From a virus (Duplodnaviria; Caudoviricetes), in IMG/VR virus record IMGVR_UViG_3300032233_001236, positions 1 through 44,071 of that record: DNA of 44,071 bases. One strand, written 5' to 3'. Each line of letters begins with the position of its first letter. Positions within the stretch are counted from its first letter, which is position 1. The position numbers were made by a program, and so were the translations under genes. Below, one piece after another: positions 27,593 to 38,700 of this stretch. The notes under the pieces were generated by a model. The model was given only the letters and a program-made list of their open reading frames with translations. It ran no database searches and was not told the origin of the DNA.

Positions 27593-29323
27593 ATGGCAGA
27601 AAAAATTCTATCTCCCGGTGTATTCCAAAATGAATCCGATCAATCGTTGGTTCAAAGAGGTATTCAAGGGACATCAACCGCAATCGTTGGACCTACAGTA
27701 TTAGGCCAACCATTAGTTCCAACTTATGTTACCTCATACAGTGAGTTCGTATCTAAGTTTGGTGAAACTTTTAAAAGTGGTAGTTATTACTACGAATATT
27801 TTACATCATTAGCTGCTAAAGATTTCTTTAACAACGGTGGTCAAACATTGTTAGTTACTAAAATAATTAGTGGTAGTGCAAATATTAGTACTTATGCTAA
27901 TTCAACTGTAACTGCTTTTACAAATAGTGGTCCTTCAACTTCATCATTTGCTCTTGAAACTATAGCTTGGGGTGATGTTATGAATAATACTTCTAGTATG
28001 AGCGCCGGTGCTTTAGCAAGTGGTAGTGCACTTAATGTTCGTTGGGAAATTACAAATGTAAATACTGGAAGTGGTGTATTTAGTTTAGCAGTTCGTGCTG
28101 GTAATGACAACAATGCTCAACCTAACTATCTTGAAACATGGCCTAACTTATCATTAGACCCAGCTCAACCAAACTATATCTCTCGTGTAATCGGTGATAT
28201 TAAACCAGTTTATAGAGTAGATACTGATAATACCCCTTACATTGATTATACTGGATCTTATGCTAATGCCTCTCAGTTTATTCGTGTTAGATCAATAACT
28301 ACTCCCCAAGTAGATTCTATTGATAACAATGGTAATTTTAAAGCAGCACAATATAGTGGTAGTTTACCAGCATTAGGAAGTGGATCTTACGGTGGTTCAT
28401 TTAGTGGTGGAGTTGCCGCAACTAACCTTGCTCAGTTAATGAACGAAAATATCACAGCTACAAACGTTCAAGGATTTGCTGTTGCTGATTATCAAGCTGC
28501 TTTTAATTTGTTATCAAATAGTGATGAATATCAATTCAATGTATTATTAGCACCTGGTGTAGGTTTAGATAATGCTGCTTCTACAACTATGATTTCTACT
28601 TGCGAAGGTAGAGGTGATGCTATTGCAGTAGTAGATACTAAATTATATGGTGCTGTTGTATCTAGTGCTGCTACTGCTGCTGCTGGACAATCAAGCAACT
28701 ACGCAGCCACATACTGGCCTTGGATTCAATTATATTCAACTGCATTAGGTAAAGCTGTATGGGCTCCTGCCTCTACAGTAATGGGTGGTGTATTCGCATT
28801 TAACGACCAAGTAGGTGCTGAATGGTTTGCTCCTGCAGGATTGAATCGTGGAGGTGTACCCTCAGTATTAAAAGCTGAACGTAAATTAACTCAAAACGAT
28901 CGTGATGTATTATACCAATCAAATGTTAACCCATTAGCTACATTCCCTGGAGAGGGTGTTGTAGTGTTTGGTCAGAAAACATTACAGCGCAGAGCAACTG
29001 CTCTCGACCGCGTAAACGTTCGTCGTTTGTTGATTGCTCTTAAAGGATATATTGGTCAAGTTGCTAATAACTTAGTATTTGAACAAAATACCAACGTGAC
29101 TCGCAATCGTTTCTTAGCTCAAGTTAACCCATATCTTGAATCAGTAGTACAACGTCAAGGCTTATATGCTTATAAAGTTGTAATGGATGATACAAATAAT
29201 ACTCCTGATGTAATTGATAGAAATCAGTTAGTAGGTCAGATTTATATTCAACCTACCAAAACCGCTGAATTTATCATATTGAATTTCAACGTATTACCAA
29301 CTGGCGCTACATTCCCTGCATAG
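27593..29323 (+). CDS. gp18: Contractile tail sheath protein
   Basis: SPGV...E.D, AIVGP...G, YAATYWPW, WFAPAGLNRG, NPLATFPG, FGQKTL, RVNVRRL, FEQN, PTKTAEFI motifs. Confidence 0.97.
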   Translation: MAEKILSPGVFQNESDQSLVQRGIQGTSTAIVGPTVLGQPLVPTYVTSYSEFVSKFGETFKSGSYYYEYFTSLAAKDFFNNGGQTLLVTKIISGSANISTYANSTVTAFTNSGPSTSSFALETIAWGDVMNNTSSMSAGALASGSALNVRWEITNVNTGSGVFSLAVRAGNDNNAQPNYLETWPNLSLDPAQPNYISRVIGDIKPVYRVDTDNTPYIDYTGSYANASQFIRVRSITTPQVDSIDNNGNFKAAQYSGSLPALGSGSYGGSFSGGVAATNLAQLMNENITATNVQGFAVADYQAAFNLLSNSDEYQFNVLLAPGVGLDNAASTTMISTCEGRGDAIAVVDTKLYGAVVSSAATAAAGQSSNYAATYWPWIQLYSTALGKAVWAPASTVMGGVFAFNDQVGAEWFAPAGLNRGGVPSVLKAERKLTQNDRDVLYQSNVNPLATFPGEGVVVFGQKTLQRRATALDRVNVRRLLIALKGYIGQVANNLVFEQNTNVTRNRFLAQVNPYLESVVQRQGLYAYKVVMDDTNNTPDVIDRNQLVGQIYIQPTKTAEFIILNFNVLPTGATFPA

Positions 29324-29370
29324 GGGATGTAGTTGCTTATATTTATTAACAGCAATAAAATAAACATAAA

Positions 29371-29859
29371 ATGCCTGTATTAGACGCAAATGAAATAATG
29401 TTCACAGCATTTGAACCCAAAGTTCCAAATCGCTTTATCATGTATATTGATGGTATTCCATCATACTTGATTAAGAAAGCGTCGGCTCCTGGGTTTGAAG
29501 CAAATATGATCAAACTTGATCACATCAACGTTTACCGTAAAGTTAAAGGTAAAGTTGAATGGAACGACATGACTTTAGAATTATACGATCCCGTAACCCC
29601 ATCAGGCGCACAAGCCGTAATGGAATGGGCTCGTTTAGCACACGAATCAGTAACTGGTCGTGATGGATATTCCGACTTTTATAAGAAAGATTTAACATTA
29701 GATATTTTAGGACCTGTAGGTGACGTAGTAGGTGAGTGGATTATTAAAGGTGCTTATTGTAAAACAGCTACCTTTGGAGAATATGATTGGTCTTCAGGCG
29801 ACGCTGCAATCAGTTTATCTGTAACCGTTGCTATGGATTACTGCGTCCTCAATTTTTGA
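29371..29859 (+). CDS. gp19: Tail tube protein
   Basis: FEPK..NRF, GK.EW..M...YDP, EW......TG, YKKD.TL..LGP.G.VV.EW.I.G; follows the sheath gene. Confidence 0.92.
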   Translation: MPVLDANEIMFTAFEPKVPNRFIMYIDGIPSYLIKKASAPGFEANMIKLDHINVYRKVKGKVEWNDMTLELYDPVTPSGAQAVMEWARLAHESVTGRDGYSDFYKKDLTLDILGPVGDVVGEWIIKGAYCKTATFGEYDWSSGDAAISLSVTVAMDYCVLNF

Positions 29860-29882
29860 TCCTTAATTGTATTTATTTTAAG

Positions 29883-29911
29883 AGACGTTTGCTTCGGCAA
29901 GCGTCTTTTTT
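29883..29911 (+). terminator. Rho-independent terminator with a C(UUCG)G tetraloop
   Basis: AGACGTTTGC-ttcg-GCAAGCGTCT followed by a T-run. Confidence 0.9.
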
Positions 29912-29966
29912 GTTTGTAATATTTATTGCAAACGATGAAAAATAAGTCATTCGTATTTATAAAGAT

Positions 29967-29998
29967 AGGTATCTGCTTTGGTAGATGCCTTTTTTCTT
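29967..29998 (+). terminator. Second terminator-like hairpin
   Basis: AGGTATCTGC-tttg-GTAGATGCCT (two G-U pairs) followed by TTTTTCTT. Confidence 0.7.
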
Positions 29999-30031
29999 CG
30001 TATATTTATATATACACAAATAAAATAGTTT

Positions 30032-30790
30032 ATGGCAGAATTAAAAATCCCAACAGAAACAGTTACATTACCCTCAAAAGGCTTACTGTATCCTGAGACA
30101 TCTCCACTCGCTAAAGGAGAAATTGAAATGAAGTATATGACTGCTAAGGAAGAAGATATTCTTACCAACAGCAATTATATCAAAAACGGAACCGTAATTG
30201 ATAAATTACTACAAGCCTTGATTATTACACCTATTGATTATAATGAATTATTGATTGGAGATAAAAATGCAATAATCATTGCAGCTCGCGTTTTAGGTTA
30301 TGGTAAAGATTATTCATTTAGATATTTAAATTCAAAAGGACAAGAAGTAGAAACAACAGTTGATCTATCTAAATTAGAAGATAAAGAACTAAATACTAGT
30401 TTATTCACAAAAGGAGTTAATGATTTTACTTTTAATTTACCCAAATCCGGTAATGTAATAACATTTAAATTGTTAACACACGGTGATGAAAAGAAAATTG
30501 AATCTGAAATTAAAGGATTACAAAAAGTAAATCCAAATGGCTCATACGATGTTACAACTCGTCTTAAATATATGATCACTTCAATTAATGGTGATCGTGA
30601 TATAAAATCAATTCGTGACTTTATCGATACATCATTACTAGCCCCAGATGCTAGAGCATTACGCGAATACTATGCATCAGTACAACCTGATATTGATATG
30701 AAATTTATACCGGATGATGAAAATTATACAGGGGAGGGTATAAACATTCCTGTTTCTCTTAACTTTTTTTGGCCTGACTCCGGAGTATAG
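30032..30790 (+). CDS. gp26-like baseplate hub / tail assembly chaperone
   Basis: PTE.V.LPSKG..Y, KYMTAKEEDIL, L.IGDK.AI...AR..GYG, C-terminal FFWP; lies between tube and tape measure. Confidence 0.8.
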   Translation: MAELKIPTETVTLPSKGLLYPETSPLAKGEIEMKYMTAKEEDILTNSNYIKNGTVIDKLLQALIITPIDYNELLIGDKNAIIIAARVLGYGKDYSFRYLNSKGQEVETTVDLSKLEDKELNTSLFTKGVNDFTFNLPKSGNVITFKLLTHGDEKKIESEIKGLQKVNPNGSYDVTTRLKYMITSINGDRDIKSIRDFIDTSLLAPDARALREYYASVQPDIDMKFIPDDENYTGEGINIPVSLNFFWPDSGV

Positions 30791-31034
30791 ACTCTACCTA
30801 TTTAAACAAATACATGAAATAGTATTTAATGGTCAAGGAGGTTATGATTGGGAAACTGTTTATAATATGCCTATTTGGTTGCGTCGTTTTACATTTGAAA
30901 CTTTAAAAGAACACTATGAAAAACAACGTGAAGCTGCTGAAAAGCAACAAAATATGCTTAAAAATAATAATAAAGGTGAAATATCACGACCAAACGTAAC
31001 TCCAACATATACAACCAAGGCGCCTAAAAAATAG
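30771..31034 (+). CDS. Out-of-frame extension (gp51-like), probably reached by frameshifting; absent from the ORF track
   Basis: +1 frame reads GLTPEYRLYLFKQIHEIVFNGQGGYDWETVYNMPIWLRRFTFETLKEHYEKQREAAEKQQ...KAPKK*. It is open from 30744, with no ATG until 30867. Confidence 0.75.
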   Translation, partial: GLTPEYRLYLFKQIHEIVFNGQGGYDWETVYNMPIWLRRFTFETLKEHYEKQREAAEKQQNMLKNNNKGEISRPNVTPTYTTKAPKK

Positions 31035-31041
31035 GCGCCTT
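31017..31041 (+). terminator. Perfect 10-bp hairpin over the extension's stop codon
   Basis: AAGGCGCCTA-aaaaa-TAGGCGCCTT; weak U-tract, immediately followed by ATATTTAT. Confidence 0.55.
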
Positions 31042-31069
31042 CAATATTTATATAATGTAATATTAAATT

Positions 31070-32932
31070 ATGACTTTAGAAGAACTAGAAAAACTCGCAG
31101 AAGACTTAGGTGATATACGAAGTGTCACTAGTGATATAGGTAATTCATTAAAAGAAGCCTTTAAATCAGATGCTTTAAGATCTCTTGGAAATGAATTAAG
31201 ATCAAGTTTATCTTCTTTTAATAAGATAGATAGAGTTTTAGGAAGTACGGCTTCTACATTAGATAAAGTTACAAAAAAAGAAATAAGCAGAAAAGATTTA
31301 CAAAAAGAACTAAATAAACTTACATCTTTAGAAAGTGATATTCTAGCAGAAATACAGAAAGTTGAAGCTAAAAAACTTTATTTACAAGGAGATCAATTCA
31401 ACGCAGCTAATGAATTATCTCAACAACTTACAGATCAGTTAACAATACTTCAACAACAAAGACAAGAAGTTAATAACGCAACTAGAGGGTATACAGGACA
31501 AAAAAATATATTAGATACTATAAAAGATAAAGTTGGGGATGTATCTAAAAAACTTACCTGGGCTTATTTTATTCAATTAGCAATAGATGCTGGATATAAA
31601 TTTAGTAAGATATCAACTGAAATAGGTAAAAACTTAGGTTATGGTGCTGATAATGCAAATAGAACAGCAGCTAATCTAGTTAAAGTAGCCCAAGATTCCT
31701 CCAACATCAATGTTACTCTCCAGAATGCTGCTGAGGCAATGAATGAAATAAGTACCTCTACAGGATATGTAGCAGAGTACTCAGCAGATGCTTTGGAAAC
31801 TCAAATAATGTTAACTAAACAATTTGGTTTACAAGCAGAGGAAGCAGCTGGAATTTATAAATTATCGGTATTAACAGGAAAGTCATCCAAAGCAGTTAAT
31901 GATGCTATGGTTAGCGCTTATGTTGCTACTAGAAACCAACTTAGAGTAGGTGTTCCGTTTAAAGCAGCAATAGCAGAAGCAGCTAAAATATCAGGTCAAT
32001 TAGCAGCTAATTTACAAAACAATCCTGGACAAATTGTTAAAGCAGTAGTACAAGCAAAAGCATTAGGTACTACTTTAGAGCAAGTTAAAGGTCAAGGTGA
32101 ATCGCTTCTTAATTTTGAATCATCAATTGAAAATGAATTAAAAGCTGAATTATTAACTGGAAAGCAGCTAAATTTAGAAAGAGCTAGAGCTGCAGCTTTA
32201 ACTGGCGATCAAATAGTATTAGCTGAAGAATTAAATAAAAATGTAGGTTCATTAGAGGAATTCCAAAAAATGAACGTCATACAGCAAAAAACATTAGCTG
32301 AAGCTGTAGGGTTAACTGCTGATCAATTAGCTGAACAGTTAAGAAGACAAAAATTAGCTGTTGAAAGTGGAAAATCATTAGCTCAAATAACAGAAGAAGA
32401 AGCTAAACAAGCACAAGAAAGACAAAATGCTCAAGATAAATTTAATTTAGCTATTACTAAACTACAAGATTTAGTAGGTAATCTAGTAGCTGGTCCTTTT
32501 GGACAATTATTAGATATGGTATCTAGCATAGCTACTATTATATTAAAAATAATTCAACCTTTTGTAAGTGTAGCTGGAGCAATATTAAATCCTATACTAG
32601 GAGGTATATCAGGGGCTCTTGGAGCGATGACAGGTGATGATATAGTAGGATATGGTGCTCGTACATTAATCACTCCTCAAGGTGCAGTAGCATTAAATAA
32701 TAATGACACAGTAATAGCTGGTACTAACTTATCAAAAGGGGATGATGTAATATCACTTCCTAAAGGATCATTAAATTTAGGAGGAAGTGGTGGAAGTGAT
32801 GTAGTAGATGCTATAAAAGATTTAAAACAAACATTAGTAAATCGCCCAGCACAAGCCTTTATACAAGGTGAAAATGCATTTGTATCAAGAGTAACCACTA
32901 AAGGAGTACAAAATACATACAAATCAGCATAA
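31070..32932 (+). CDS. Tape measure protein
   Basis: 620 aa, Ala/Gln/Leu-rich and helical, LLNFESSIE.EL.AELLTGK.LNLERAR motif; position after tube and chaperone. Confidence 0.8.
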   Translation: MTLEELEKLAEDLGDIRSVTSDIGNSLKEAFKSDALRSLGNELRSSLSSFNKIDRVLGSTASTLDKVTKKEISRKDLQKELNKLTSLESDILAEIQKVEAKKLYLQGDQFNAANELSQQLTDQLTILQQQRQEVNNATRGYTGQKNILDTIKDKVGDVSKKLTWAYFIQLAIDAGYKFSKISTEIGKNLGYGADNANRTAANLVKVAQDSSNINVTLQNAAEAMNEISTSTGYVAEYSADALETQIMLTKQFGLQAEEAAGIYKLSVLTGKSSKAVNDAMVSAYVATRNQLRVGVPFKAAIAEAAKISGQLAANLQNNPGQIVKAVVQAKALGTTLEQVKGQGESLLNFESSIENELKAELLTGKQLNLERARAAALTGDQIVLAEELNKNVGSLEEFQKMNVIQQKTLAEAVGLTADQLAEQLRRQKLAVESGKSLAQITEEEAKQAQERQNAQDKFNLAITKLQDLVGNLVAGPFGQLLDMVSSIATIILKIIQPFVSVAGAILNPILGGISGALGAMTGDDIVGYGARTLITPQGAVALNNNDTVIAGTNLSKGDDVISLPKGSLNLGGSGGSDVVDAIKDLKQTLVNRPAQAFIQGENAFVSRVTTKGVQNTYKSA

Positions 32933-32963
32933 TTTTTAAATATTTATATCAAACGATAAGACC

Positions 32964-33266
32964 ATGGGATTATTAGACAAATTAAAAGACAGTATCTTAG
33001 GATTGGGTGGAAATAAACCATCGCAATTTGGAGTTGATCCACTCCCTCCAGGCTCTCTTCACGACCAGTTTTCTGTTAATGGAGAACCCAACATAACCTG
33101 GAGATTGATTAAGGGTAATAAAAGTATGAAGCCACAACCATCAAAAATGGATGAACTGGATACTCAAGCCCCTAACCTAAAACCAGTTGGAGTTGTATCA
33201 CAAGTATACAAATCCAAGCAAGGCCGCAGATACAAAGACCTAGGACCAACCGAAGGACGTTACTAA
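32964..33266 (+). CDS. Hypothetical tail/baseplate-region protein
   Basis: 100-aa ORF with its own ATATTTAT motif at 32940. Confidence 0.7.
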   Translation: MGLLDKLKDSILGLGGNKPSQFGVDPLPPGSLHDQFSVNGEPNITWRLIKGNKSMKPQPSKMDELDTQAPNLKPVGVVSQVYKSKQGRRYKDLGPTEGRY

Positions 33267-33267
33267 C

Positions 33268-35448
33268 ATGCCACTACTTGATCTAAAAACCGACTTAAAA
33301 TCACTTAAGTACGGAAGTGATCGACCAGGCGGAGGTGACAGTGGCCAACCATACCAAAAAGTCGATATCAACACTGTTGATAGTGGCTTTAACCGTTTTC
33401 GAATGACTAACTTCGATGATGGTTTAGTAAGAGGTGGAGTTGTAGGCGCTGCTAATGCTTCAATTGTCGATACATTTCGTATAGGGAAATTTCTTACTGA
33501 TTTTCCAAAAGGTCCATTGTGGATCGTTAAGCAAGTAGGTTTACAATTAGCAAATCCTAAATTAGAATCCAAAGCTGTTAAAACAGGTATTGGCTTCTTA
33601 GATAATGTATTAAATACTCTTAACGATAAAGTTGGAATAGGTCCTACTCGCATATATAATTTAGGTATTAATACATTAGCACAGATTCCGGTTAATACCT
33701 TAGGTATTCATCTTAATAGACACGGTATATTACCGGTTCAAGATGATAATACTAAGTATTTAGCTATTGCTCAAAATAATAATTTAAACACTGAATATAA
33801 TAGTGCTGGGTTACCAAAAACTAGTACTAATAGGCTTGTAAGATACGCCTCTAAATTACTCCCAACCCCACCCCCACAAAACACTAGAACCTCAAATTTA
33901 CTCCAAACTGCTCTATCTTTAATACCTGGTGCGTCTTTATTTGTTAAACCTCAGCAACAAATGATAGATGAATATGTTGGTGGTCCTGGATCTGTTTATG
34001 GTGTTGGTAAAACATTTATTAGACGTTTTGATTATACTTCAAACGGGGTGAATAAACAACAACCTCAAAATCATTCAAGAGTAGGAGGTAATCCTGGAAA
34101 TATAAATTATAATGGTCTTTTAGGATTATCAAAACAATATTTTTCAGCTTTATCTCCTATAGCATCATCTCCAATATTTTCTGCTTTAGGTATAGGAGGT
34201 CCATTTGGAGGAACTTTAGGAGGACTTTTTGGAGCAGTTAGTGCAGTATCTACAGCAAAAAATCTGCAAAAATATAATAATTTAGATCCTAGCAATCCTA
34301 CAAATGCTCCAACTAATATTGATCAAGCAACTTATAGTAATGTAGGGCGTCAAGTTAGATATTCTTCTTTATCTAATGGGGATATTAAATCTGTAATTCC
34401 TCCTAGTACTGATAATATAGTTTCTATAAAAAATGCTTCTTATCAAACATATCAACAAATTATCAATTCTAAACAATTATCTCAAAATATTAATTATGTT
34501 AATGGAGTACAAGCAAATCAGTTTGGAATTTATGGAGATATAACTAATAAAGAAACTCTAGGTAAAACCTTACTACCTAATTCTCTTTCATTTCCTACCT
34601 ACACAGATGGAAATACAGTAATAAAATTAAATATACCTTGGAATAAAGTAACACGTGAGAAAATAATTGGCAGTGGAAAACAAGATAAAATAAATTTAAC
34701 CCCTTTATTTACAGCAGACGCTGGAACAATGACAGATAATATTTTTATTCCTGGAGTAGGAGCTAGAAAAATAAATGATCTGGTTAAATTTAGAATCCAA
34801 GCAATAAACACAGACAACCCAGAAAAAGCCACTTGGATGATATTTAGAGCATATATTACTCAGTTTTCTGATAATACAGATGCTACCTGGAATGATATAA
34901 AATATGCAGGCCGTGGAGAGAGTTTTTATATTTACAGTGGATTTACTCGTAAAATACAAATTGGATTTAAAGTAGCAGCTTTATCTGCTGTTGAAATGCA
35001 ACCAATGTATCAAAAACTAAATTACTTAATGGGTAATTTAATGCCTGATTATGAAAATAATTTAATGAGAGGTCCATTGGTAAGAATGACTATAGGTAAC
35101 TGGATTGATGGTCAAGCAGGTATTTTAAACAACATATCATATACTGTTCCTCAAGATTCACCTTGGGAAATAGGATTAGCAACTAATGATGGTATTGAAC
35201 CACTAATATTACCTCATGTTGTAGAAGTAAATATGACATTTACACCTATTGGTTCCCAAACATTCAAAGATAATAAAATATCTAAAAAAGATCATCTTAC
35301 ATCTCATATTGCCCAAAATATGAATAAAAAAAATAACCAGTACATAACAGGTAGTTCTAATATACCTGAAGGAATACCATCAGCAGTAGATGCTGATGCT
35401 TTAGAGGCTATAGGTAAGACATTTTCAATTCCTTTAAGATTTAAATAA
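33268..35448 (+). CDS. Baseplate / tube-initiator-like protein
   Basis: C-terminal FRAYI..FSD...A.W....Y.GR.E..Y.Y.GF.R.I...F, P.VRMTIG, PWE motifs resemble tube-fold baseplate initiators. Confidence 0.6.
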   Translation: MPLLDLKTDLKSLKYGSDRPGGGDSGQPYQKVDINTVDSGFNRFRMTNFDDGLVRGGVVGAANASIVDTFRIGKFLTDFPKGPLWIVKQVGLQLANPKLESKAVKTGIGFLDNVLNTLNDKVGIGPTRIYNLGINTLAQIPVNTLGIHLNRHGILPVQDDNTKYLAIAQNNNLNTEYNSAGLPKTSTNRLVRYASKLLPTPPPQNTRTSNLLQTALSLIPGASLFVKPQQQMIDEYVGGPGSVYGVGKTFIRRFDYTSNGVNKQQPQNHSRVGGNPGNINYNGLLGLSKQYFSALSPIASSPIFSALGIGGPFGGTLGGLFGAVSAVSTAKNLQKYNNLDPSNPTNAPTNIDQATYSNVGRQVRYSSLSNGDIKSVIPPSTDNIVSIKNASYQTYQQIINSKQLSQNINYVNGVQANQFGIYGDITNKETLGKTLLPNSLSFPTYTDGNTVIKLNIPWNKVTREKIIGSGKQDKINLTPLFTADAGTMTDNIFIPGVGARKINDLVKFRIQAINTDNPEKATWMIFRAYITQFSDNTDATWNDIKYAGRGESFYIYSGFTRKIQIGFKVAALSAVEMQPMYQKLNYLMGNLMPDYENNLMRGPLVRMTIGNWIDGQAGILNNISYTVPQDSPWEIGLATNDGIEPLILPHVVEVNMTFTPIGSQTFKDNKISKKDHLTSHIAQNMNKKNNQYITGSSNIPEGIPSAVDADALEAIGKTFSIPLRFK

Positions 35449-35756
35449 TGAATCGCTACCAGAATGCAACCATATTAAAAACACAATATACTGATCGTCC
35501 CTATTATAAAGGCAAATATTATCAAAATATTCCTTTATCAGAGAATGATGTGTATGTTATTACTACTGTAGGTGATAGATTAGATAGTTTAGCCTATTCC
35601 TATTATGGTGATGCTACTTTATGGTGGGTAATAGCAGCTGCTAACAATAATGCTACTAAAGGAGCTTTATACCCAATACCCGGCACTCAATTAAGAATAC
35701 CAACTGATGTAAATAGTGTTTTACAATCATTTAATCAATTTAATAAAGCTAGATAA
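35448..35756 (+). CDS. LysM-like baseplate wedge protein (gp53/tail X-like)
   Basis: GDRLDSLAY.YYGD..LWWVIA.AN......G.QLRIP motif. Confidence 0.85.
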   Translation: MNRYQNATILKTQYTDRPYYKGKYYQNIPLSENDVYVITTVGDRLDSLAYSYYGDATLWWVIAAANNNATKGALYPIPGTQLRIPTDVNSVLQSFNQFNKAR

Positions 35757-35761
35757 ATGTT

Positions 35762-38700
35762 ATGTCTATATTCAAACAAACCTTTCCTGATTTTGTACAA
35801 AACGAATTAAAAAATCGCCAAGAACTTCTTAGTGATCCTATTAAACGCGGCGATTTAGTAAATTACCAAACATCAAGAAACTCATGGGCACGAATGACCT
35901 CAGGAGTTAATATTATTAATAATGGAGTACCAGATAATGGAGCTTTAGCAAAACAATATGTTTTATTAGGAGGAACTTTAAGAAAAAGAGGATTAACCAC
36001 TAATTCAGTTGAAGGTGAATCCCAAGATGTTTTTTCTCAAAAATCAGGAATAGGCTCAGCGTTTGATAAATACGCATATAGTAATAAAAGTGCTACTGGT
36101 AAAGATTATTTAAGAGGTATTAGGCCAATGCCTGGCATTAATAGTATATCAACGTCAACAAAAGCAGCTTATGGTTCTTTAATTGAAGTTGTAGTTAGTT
36201 TTCAATGTTGGGATATTAGACAATTAGAAGATCTTGAATTATTATACATGCGCCCCGGGTATACAGTATTAATAGAATGGGGGTGGGTATATGGTAAACA
36301 ATCACCTTTATTTTATGATATATTAAATAAAGGCAATATTGACTTTCAAAAAGTTAATAAGGAATTATTTGATTTATCTAAAGACAGTAATGGAAATTAT
36401 GAAGCTATTTTAGGTTATGTTAAAAACTATAATTGGAAAGCTCGTCCTGATGGAGGTTATGATTGCACTACCTCTATAATATCATTTGGTGAAGTAATAG
36501 AATCAATTAAAGTAAATTATGCCCCTTACAATATTAATATTACCTCCCCACAAGAACCAGGAATAATAAAAAAAGGTACATACGGCTTTCAAACAGGAGT
36601 TAAAATAGAAGATATTCCTGTTTCTAGTATAAATAAAGCAGATACAATCTCAATACAAGACCAATACGCTAAAGGTATACTAAATGGATTATTTTATGAA
36701 TTGCGACTATTAATAGAACAGATGCCCGATGCTGGAGCCCTAGCAAAAGACTCAGCAAACTCATATGAATATCCTTCTTTAGATATAATTACACCAAATA
36801 ATATTAATAGAAGATATTTTGTATTTAAAAAAGAATTTATTTTTAAGCAAACAACTGACGAACAAAAACCTAACTCAATTTTTGGAAATAACAGACATTA
36901 TATTACTTTACAAAGTTTATGTACTTTAATAAATGATTACGTTTTAATTAGAAATAGTAATAGTAATGGCTCTTTGCTTGCTGAAATGTCTACTAAAGAT
37001 AGAATATATGCTGGATATAATAATACTCTTACTTGTTTAGCACATCCTCTTCAAGTATCAACTGATCCTACTAAATGTTTAATTAGAGCAGATTATTGGA
37101 TAAATGGAAAAAGTATTTCTACTGGCCAATCTATAGATGATGCAGTTAAATTAAATAAAGACATAGCAAATGAAGTCTCTATAATTCAACCAAACCCAAT
37201 AATAAGAACCTTTCTTAATACTAGAAATACTAGAAATCTACTTATAGCTATAGCAACAATTAGTGATTCCACTAAAATAGGATCTGAAGTAAATTCTTTA
37301 TTTAAAGTTTTTCAAAAATTAAGATATCAAATTGAAGGTTCTATAAGTGCTATACAAGAAGGAATTACTTATAATATTACCTCTGATGGAACTACAAGAG
37401 GTAATAGTTGGGGAAATATTACAAATCAAGCAGCTATAAATAACGGTAATGCAACGGGACCTTTAGGCCTTAATATTCTTGCTTTAATGGGAGTAAGTGC
37501 TGATCAATTGTATGAAGAAATAAAAGGATATTTTAACACTACATTATATAAAAATGATAAATCTAATAGTAAAATAAAAGCTATTTTAGATAAATTAGAT
37601 ACAGAATATTTTAAAGATAAAGAAGATAAAAATAAAGCTATTATTATTCAAAACATAACTGATGGCCTTAATTTTCAAGATTTTAAAACTATCCATGCTC
37701 GATCATTAGAAAATGATTTTACTGGAAAAATTATAGAAAGTTCTTTTAAAAAAGCAGCAGAAGCTTTAGAAGGTTTAAAATTATTAAAAAAATATTTTGT
37801 TGGTGACGCCGGTAGATTAGGAGAAATTTCTAATATATATGTTGATTTGGAATATTTAATGGAACTAGCTTCTAGTCCTAATATAGAATCAAGAGATACA
37901 CAAAATAAAAATACTATTAGTCTAATTAATTTTTTTAAAGAAATTCTAAAAACTATTCAAAGTTGCACAGGTAATATCAATAATTTTGATGTTCATATTG
38001 ATAAAGATAGTATTGGAAGAATAATTGATATTAACTTTACGGATGATGATAATTTATCTCAAAATAAAGATAAAATATTCCAAATTGAACTTCACAATTT
38101 GAAATCAATGATCCGAAATTACCAATTAGAATCTAAAATATTCCCAGAACAAGGAACAATTGTTGCTATAAGTGCTCAAGCTGCCATCCCTGGAAAGTTA
38201 GGGTACAATAATTCTACTTTAGTAGCATATAATAGAGGAGTTGAAGATAGATTAATACCACAAAAACTATCAGCTTCTGATTATTTACAAGCACCGGATT
38301 TATCTAGTGTATTAATTACAAATTTTGTTCCTCTTTTAAAATATTTTGATTTTCTTAATAATAGTGATACAAATACTTCTTATTCTCCTGGGGAATACAA
38401 TAATGCTTTAAGAGATTTAATAGGATTTTTTAATGGCTTAGCAGAAAGTAATCCTAATCAATTTAAAGCAATTATACCTATAATGTTAAGTTTTGATATG
38501 GATGGAATTGGAGGTATTATTGTAGGAAATATCTTTAGAATAAATGATAATATATTACCTAGCGGATATAATAGTCCTGATTTAGGATTTTTAGTAAAAT
38601 CATTCAATCATAAAATTGAAAATAGTGATTGGATAACAACATTAGAAGCTTATCCTGTTATATTAGATAATCAAGATAAAAAATTTACAGAAAATAATAC

